A stretch of 64,000 nucleotides of DNA from Terriglobia bacterium (GTDB lineage: Bacteria > Acidobacteriota > Terriglobia > 20CM-2-55-15). The first letter of the stretch is position 1. Each line of letters starts with the position of its first letter. Location of the stretch: positions 32,001 through 96,000 of the forward strand of contig CAXWPJ010000007.1 in assembly GCA_963664115.2 (NCBI GenBank), in the 5' to 3' direction. Shown in pieces: positions 58,383 to 64,000 of this stretch. The position numbers and the translations under genes are program-made. The notes under the pieces were generated by a model. The model saw only the letters and a list, made by a program, of their open reading frames with translations. It was not told the DNA's origin and searched no databases.

Positions 58383-59702
58383 ATGCGCATCAAATCGCCG
58401 ACTGAATCCGTAAACCCTGTGTCGTCGGCAGGGGAATGGACGCTCGTCGAGCGGCTGATCTTCCGCTTCTGCTTCATCTATTTCGCACTATTTTCTCTTA
58501 CGACAAAAATCGCGGGCGGCCTGCTCCTTCTGCCCGATCGATCGATCAGCGGTCTGGGCATCCTCTGGCCCTTGCGCCAGGTCACTTTCTGGGTCGGGGC
58601 GCATATCTTTGCCATCTCCGAAACTCTCCAGTACACGGGGAACAGCTGGGACACCGATTTCTACTGGGTACAGGCAGCCTGGGTGCTGGCCGTCTCCATC
58701 GCTGCCACCGGCCTCTGGTGCGCGCTCGACCGCCGGCGCCACAACTACGTGATGCTTCATGAATGGATGCGCATCTTCCTTCGACTGGCGATCGCCTCTC
58801 AGATGTTCGAATACGGAATCGCCAAAGTGATTCCGGTCCAATTCCCGACCCCGTCTCTGATTACGCTGGTCACACCGGTAGGTGGCGTGTCGATTCAGGG
58901 GCTGCTGTGGACTTTTATCGGTGCGTCTCCGCTGTATCAAATTCTGACAGGGGTCGTGGAAGTGACGGGGGGCCTCTTGCTGCTCGTTGGACGTACGACC
59001 CTGCTGGGCGCCTTCATTACGCTGGCCGCCATGCTACAGATTTTCGCCTTCAATGTGCTGTATGACGTCGGCGTAAAGTTGGTCTCGTTCCATTTGATCC
59101 TGATGACGCTCTTCCTGCTGGCGCCGCAGTTTCCACGTCTTCGAGATTTCTTCTTAAGGAATCGCCCCGCTGCGGCTTCAGACCGGCCCCAGATCTTCGC
59201 CACGCGCCGCACCCGGCGCATCGCGGTCGCAGCCCAGCTGATATTCGGCCTCTATATGCTGGGTGTTTACACAAATGTGACCCGGATTTATTGGTATCAA
59301 GGGGGTGGGGGCAGTCCGCGCTCGCCCCTCTACGGGATCTGGGACGTGGAAGAACTTTCCGTCGACGGCCAGGTGCGTGCACCCGTCCTCAACGATTACG
59401 ATCGCCGCTGGCGCCGTGTGATTTTCGACGAACCAGCCAGCATGGTCTTTCAACGCACCGATGATTCGTTTTCCCGCTACGGCGTGTCCATCGACCTCAA
59501 CCGCAACGTTCTGGTACTGAGCAAGGGTGAGAGCAGGAGCTGGAACTCCAGCTTCATCTTCCAACGCGGGGGGGATGATCGACTGGTCCTTGAAGGCGAC
59601 ATGGACGATTATAGTATCCGCATGGAACTCCGGCGCCTTGAACCGGACACGTTCCAGCTCCTCAACAGTCATTTCCGTTGGGTCCGACCTCCGGATCCCT
59701 AG
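58383..59702 (+). CDS. DoxX-like membrane protein
   Basis: YGIAKVIPVQF, LLWTFIGAS, GVVEVTGGLLLL, YDVGVK. Confidence 0.78.
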   Translation: MRIKSPTESVNPVSSAGEWTLVERLIFRFCFIYFALFSLTTKIAGGLLLLPDRSISGLGILWPLRQVTFWVGAHIFAISETLQYTGNSWDTDFYWVQAAWVLAVSIAATGLWCALDRRRHNYVMLHEWMRIFLRLAIASQMFEYGIAKVIPVQFPTPSLITLVTPVGGVSIQGLLWTFIGASPLYQILTGVVEVTGGLLLLVGRTTLLGAFITLAAMLQIFAFNVLYDVGVKLVSFHLILMTLFLLAPQFPRLRDFFLRNRPAAASDRPQIFATRRTRRIAVAAQLIFGLYMLGVYTNVTRIYWYQGGGGSPRSPLYGIWDVEELSVDGQVRAPVLNDYDRRWRRVIFDEPASMVFQRTDDSFSRYGVSIDLNRNVLVLSKGESRSWNSSFIFQRGGDDRLVLEGDMDDYSIRMELRRLEPDTFQLLNSHFRWVRPPDP

Positions 59703-59719
59703 TGACGTCTGCGAAGGCA

Positions 59720-60199
59720 CTATTGCTTCTCATACACCACCATGCTGTGTACTTCCTGCCCCGCAGCGTTTCTCTCGGTGGTGACCGTCGTGAGCGTTCG
59801 GCCGTCGGGGGAGACGACGGTTCGTGCCCTGGCAACCCGGCCACCGTCGACCTTGATGACGACGTCGTAGGTCAGGGCGTCAATCCGCGTGTAGGCGTTC
59901 GTCAGGACATAATCCGCCCCCTGCACAGCGTAATCCTGCCCGTCAAATTTTCCGGTCCACTCCAGATGGATAACGCCGCCGCGGATGCCAACCACGTCGT
60001 AGGTCACTTTCAAACCGTCTTCCCACGGTTCGATCCAGCACGTCGTCCTTTTAAAGCGCGTCGAGCTTTGTGACGACGCGGAAGCGTCGAGTTCCCAGGT
60101 TCCAAATAAAAGGTCTGAGCTTTGGCCCATCAGCGTGCATGGCAGCATTATTGCGGCCATTATTAACATCAGGGCGCCAAAAATCCTTCGCCTGCGCAT
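59720..60199 (-). CDS. Secreted lipocalin-like hypothetical protein
   Basis: Signal peptide; FGTWELD...VSPDGRTLT...VYEKQ. Confidence 0.7.
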   Translation of the reverse strand: MRRRRIFGALMLIMAAIMLPCTLMGQSSDLLFGTWELDASASSQSSTRFKRTTCWIEPWEDGLKVTYDVVGIRGGVIHLEWTGKFDGQDYAVQGADYVLTNAYTRIDALTYDVVIKVDGGRVARARTVVSPDGRTLTTVTTERNAAGQEVHSMVVYEKQ

Positions 60200-60388
60200 G
60201 AGGCAAAGCATCACACTCTCGATCTGAGGTGTCAACCGATCGAGCAGGGCAGTCGTGATGTCTTTTAAAAAAGGAATTGCACCGACCGTTCAAAAAACCC
60301 AAGGGCGAGCCGGGGTGGAGACCTCATCCCTTATCGCCGCCATTGAGGGGCCGCCGAGAGTTGCACATCGAAGGGTCTGTCCCGGAGA

Positions 60389-60832
60389 ATGAAGGGCAGG
60401 GATATGGGAACTCGTCCACCAACCGCGAATCTGGAATCGAGGGACGCCATCGTTTTCTTCGACGGCGTATGTGGTCTTTGCAACCGTTTCGTGGACTTCA
60501 TGCTGGCAAGGGATCACGAGGCCCATTTTCTATTTGCCCCTTTGCAGGGCGAAACCTTCGCCGCCAGGGTCGGGGCGACGCGACATGAGGAGAGGCTTCG
60601 AAGCATTGTTTTCTGGGACGGTCAGCAGGCGCATGTGAAGTCGGAGGCGGTGCTGCGAGTCATCGCGCGTCTCGGTGGAGGATGGTTCCTGGCGCGCCCG
60701 TTGCGACTCGTTCCTCTTGCTTTGCGTGATTCAGTCTATGACTGCGTGGCGAAAAATCGTTACCGCTGGTTTGGTAAACGCGAAACCTGCCGTCTGCCGT
60801 CTGCGGCTGAAAAGGAACGCTTCCTGCCGTAG
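60389..60832 (+). CDS. DCC1/DUF393 thiol-disulfide oxidoreductase
   Basis: FDGVCGLC, APLQ, NRYRWFG. Confidence 0.9.
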   Translation: MKGRDMGTRPPTANLESRDAIVFFDGVCGLCNRFVDFMLARDHEAHFLFAPLQGETFAARVGATRHEERLRSIVFWDGQQAHVKSEAVLRVIARLGGGWFLARPLRLVPLALRDSVYDCVAKNRYRWFGKRETCRLPSAAEKERFLP

Positions 60833-60972
60833 ACCCGGCCTTGCTCCAGCTTTGATCCCGACACCATCCCGATTGGATCGATCCCCGTCCCTGGCCCCGT
60901 CGATCTCCGCCATCTTGCTTACCGGCCCGGTATACTGGACAGCAGACCAACTTAAAAGAACGAGGAGAACTG

Positions 60973-61296
60973 ATGGAACTTTCAGAAAAGACCTGCGTGC
61001 CGTGCCGCGGGGGCATCCCACCGCTGACACCCGAGGAGATCCGTCCGCTGGCTGGGGCGGTCAACAACTGGAGTGTGATCGAGAATCATCATATCGAAAG
61101 ACAGTTCGAGTTTTCGGACTTCAAGATGGCTTTGGAGTTTGTGAACCGGGTCGGAGCGCTGGCCGAAGAGCAGGGGCACCATCCCGATCTCTACCTGGCA
61201 TGGGGCAGAGTCGGTGTCTCAATCTGGACGCATAAGATCGACGGGCTCACAGAGAGTGATTTCATTCTTGCAGCCAAGGTGGACAGTCTCCTGTAG
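60973..61296 (+). CDS. phhB: Pterin-4-alpha-carbinolamine dehydratase
   Basis: CVPCRGG, AEEQGHHPD, WTHKIDGLTESDFILAAK. Confidence 0.93.
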   Translation: MELSEKTCVPCRGGIPPLTPEEIRPLAGAVNNWSVIENHHIERQFEFSDFKMALEFVNRVGALAEEQGHHPDLYLAWGRVGVSIWTHKIDGLTESDFILAAKVDSLL

Positions 61297-61542
61297 CAGC
61301 CTGGTTCGATTGCGGCACTCGAGGCAAAGGACCCACCGTCAATTCAAGTGTTTGCGAGTTACGTTTCCTTAAATTTCAGCCGTTCAGAACGGACCTGCTC
61401 TGGCTGACCGACCCATAGCGTTAGATGATTCGAGATGAGACTTGACTCGGGCCATGTCATAATTCTAATAATTATAGGAATTGCTGGCTCATTGGCTGTG
61501 AGCTAAGCGGCCCGACCCAGAACCTAGAGCCAGGAAGAGCCG

Positions 61543-62745
61543 ATGGAAAAAACCTACGTCAGTCGAAAACCGATATACGGATCCAACGTGAGCGTGCATG
61601 CTTACGAGCTCATTTCACAGCCGCGTGAGCGCAGCAATCCTCTCCCAACGGCGATCGACCTGGACACGCTTCGTGATGATCTGGGGACTTTTTCCGAAGT
61701 GGGCCTCGATCAGATTGTTGGGGACCACCAGGCCTTCGTGAACGTATCCCGTGAAGCCGTGATCGCCGGCTATTGCCTGTCTCTTTCAAAGCACCGGGTC
61801 GTATTGGAAGTTCTCTCAGAAATCATCTCGGACCCGGCGCTCACGGATGGACTCTCGGAGTTGTCCCGAATGGGATACAAGATCGCGGTTGGAAACACGA
61901 CGCTCCAGTCTTTGAATGGAACCAGCCGATCGGTTGTGGATATCGTTCGGGTCAACGTTCGTGACTTAAAGGATGACGAACTGGCGGAGCATGTCAATGC
62001 GCTGTCGGGTCTCAGCGTCCGTCTGCTGGCGGACAACGTCGATACCTACGAACAGTTCGAGATGTGCAAAAAACAAAACTTCGAAATGTATGAGGGATAC
62101 TTCTTTTGTTCTCCGAAGAATACAGGCACAGATATCCCCGTCAACCGCCTGGCCGCGGTGCGGCTCCTGGGCAAGCTCCAGGATCCCTCCCTCAGCCTGA
62201 ACGAGCTCGAGCAATCCATCAGTACCGACCTTACGCTCAGCTACAAGCTGTTGCGGTTTGCGAACTCCGCCTTCATTGGACTGAACCGGACCGTGGACTC
62301 GATCAGCCACGCCGCAAAACTGATTGGAATGGAACGAATCCGCCTCTGGGCCAGCCTGCTGATGTTCTCCAAGATGGAGGACAAACCGCGGGAACTCATG
62401 ATCACTGCAATCGTACGTGCCGCCATGTGTGAAAGGTTGGCCTCTTCGGCCAACGACCGCCCGAAAGAATCTTTCTTTACCGTCGGTCTCTTGTCGGTGC
62501 TCGACGCGCTGATGGATCGTCCGATGGAAGAGGCTCTAACGGAACTACCCGTTTCGACTGAAGTTGGATCCGCGCTCACACATCTGGAAGGGTCTTATGG
62601 CGAAGCGCTCCGGTGTGTTCTCGCCTATGAGCGGGGTGAGTGGGATCGTGTCTGTTACAAAGATCTTCGACCGATGACGATTCGGAGCCACTATCTGGAT
62701 TCGTTGGGGTGGGCTCGCCGTATCAGTGAAGGGCTCGAAATCTAA
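61543..62745 (+). CDS. Degenerate EAL plus HDOD domain signalling protein
   Basis: AYEL, AFVN, VLEVL, EGYFF; DLTLSYKLLRFANS HDOD. Confidence 0.88.
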   Translation: MEKTYVSRKPIYGSNVSVHAYELISQPRERSNPLPTAIDLDTLRDDLGTFSEVGLDQIVGDHQAFVNVSREAVIAGYCLSLSKHRVVLEVLSEIISDPALTDGLSELSRMGYKIAVGNTTLQSLNGTSRSVVDIVRVNVRDLKDDELAEHVNALSGLSVRLLADNVDTYEQFEMCKKQNFEMYEGYFFCSPKNTGTDIPVNRLAAVRLLGKLQDPSLSLNELEQSISTDLTLSYKLLRFANSAFIGLNRTVDSISHAAKLIGMERIRLWASLLMFSKMEDKPRELMITAIVRAAMCERLASSANDRPKESFFTVGLLSVLDALMDRPMEEALTELPVSTEVGSALTHLEGSYGEALRCVLAYERGEWDRVCYKDLRPMTIRSHYLDSLGWARRISEGLEI

Positions 62746-64000
62746 TTGGACACATGCTGCGTGTCGAAGTAAGCCTGTTTGAAATGGACGTAGCGCTGCC
62801 TGAGTCCCCGGTCGGGGTCGGGACCAATCGTTCGGGCCGTGGCCAGTAAAGATTCGCTCGCCTCCCGTGTCGTAACGCCCAGAGCCTCGAAACCGCAACG
62901 GGCAGCCCCGCGCAAGGTGGCCAAACCCGGCTCGAGGGGTTCAATGACCCTGGCAGGAATGATCGCTGCCAGGATGACGGCCAGTTCCCGTGTCTGAAAC
63001 CCGTTACCGGAGAGGACGGCGGTTTCCGAGTCGGGCCCCAAGACCTCGCTGACCCGTTCATAGTAAACCCCGATCTGGAAAGCCACACCTTCAAGCACCG
63101 AGCGTCCTAACAGCTCAAGATTTGCGCCGCAGTCGGGGAGAATCCAACGTGCATGTTGGGTCGAATCCCAGAAGGGCGCGCGTTCGCCATAGATATGCGG
63201 CAGGAACACGGGCACCTCTTCCCCTTGCTGGGGCTCTCTGAACGTGCTCACTCCGAGTTCCTGGCGTGCCCAATCCAGAACGTTCCCGCCATTGTTACTG
63301 GCGGCTCCGATGAGGAACAGCTCCGGTCCGTAGCGATAGCAAAACGTACCGCTACTGTCCTCCATGGACGGCGCGGGCGCGAAGCGGCGAACGCTGGCCG
63401 TAGTACCCACTGTTATAGCGATTCGCTCAGGCCTATCACCTCCCGAGCCCAGGGTCGCGAGGAACCCGTCACCGCCGCCGGCTATGACGGGCAAACCCGC
63501 CCGAAGCCCCAGCATCGGAGCCGCGGATTCAGAGAGTGGAGCGATCGCTTCACCGGGCTGAATCACGGGAGGAAACTTGGCGGGGTCGATCCCGAGGGCA
63601 TCCAGAGTCAGCGTGTCCCACCGTCCGGTGTGCAGATTTAACAAGCCCGAAGCGGAGGCGGTTGAAACGTCTTCGGCCCAATGACCCGTCAACTGGGCGC
63701 CGACATATGCTTTGACTGAAAGGACGCGATGCGTTTCGGCGAGAACGTCGGGAGTCTCGTGACCGATACGTGCCAATTTGAATACCGGGAACGAGGGGTG
63801 AAAATAGGCCCCGGTCCTCAACGAATAATCGCACCCCAATCGTCCTTCAACGTGGTCTGCGAATTCGGGATGTTCCGAATCCATCCATGTGTAGACAGGG
63901 GACACGGCCAGGCCCTCCCGGTCGGTGAGGACGAGCGTGTGCATCATCGAAGACAGCGTGATCGCATCGGGCGCTTCCGTGCCCGAGACGCAGGTTCGTA
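62742..64000 (-). CDS. FGGY-family sugar kinase (gluconokinase-like), 5' end outside the window
   Basis: MHTL, TWMD, ASASGL, GDGFLA, TVGTT, NNGG, GERAP, LEGVAF. Confidence 0.88.
   Translation of the reverse strand, partial: RTCVSGTEAPDAITLSSMMHTLVLTDREGLAVSPVYTWMDSEHPEFADHVEGRLGCDYSLRTGAYFHPSFPVFKLARIGHETPDVLAETHRVLSVKAYVGAQLTGHWAEDVSTASASGLLNLHTGRWDTLTLDALGIDPAKFPPVIQPGEAIAPLSESAAPMLGLRAGLPVIAGGGDGFLATLGSGGDRPERIAITVGTTASVRRFAPAPSMEDSSGTFCYRYGPELFLIGAASNNGGNVLDWARQELGVSTFREPQQGEEVPVFLPHIYGERAPFWDSTQHARWILPDCGANLELLGRSVLEGVAFQIGVYYERVSEVLGPDSETAVLSGNGFQTRELAVILAAIIPARVIEPLEPGLATLRGAARCGFEALGVTTREASESLLATARTIGPDPDRGLRQRYVHFKQAYFDTQHVSN

Overview
GC-rich bacterial chromosomal window; gene content and style suggest Acidobacteriota, which is an inference only. 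The core backbone comprises class II RNR nrdJ, a molybdate modABC operon with an HTH-TOBE regulator, arfB, udk, etfBA, xseB-ispA-tlyA-nadK, xdhC, pduO, an RRM protein, NatAB-type ABC genes, tRNA-Arg(ACG) and tRNA-Val(TAC). Highlights: (1) a ~12.6 kb integrase-less island bounded by tRNA-Arg and a 42-bp degenerate copy of its 3' half. It carries a PspA/DUF350/DUF4178/membrane-SpeE/SpeD/amine-oxidase/K-channel module, a Tat-exported ICL/PEP-mutase-family gene behind a sigma-54-type promoter, an IS6 and an AbiTii fragment. (2) A DsbA/FrnE gene with in-frame TGA in place of the first Cys of CPWC plus a SECIS-like hairpin, i.e. a probable selenoprotein missed by the ORF track. (3) An uncharacterised all-secreted cluster of three related proteins, an MBL-fold protein that has lost one metal site, and a signal-peptide-bearing FAH hydrolase. 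Also present: an IS630, palindromic REP-like elements and several frameshifted genes. No CRISPR array or rRNA was seen.
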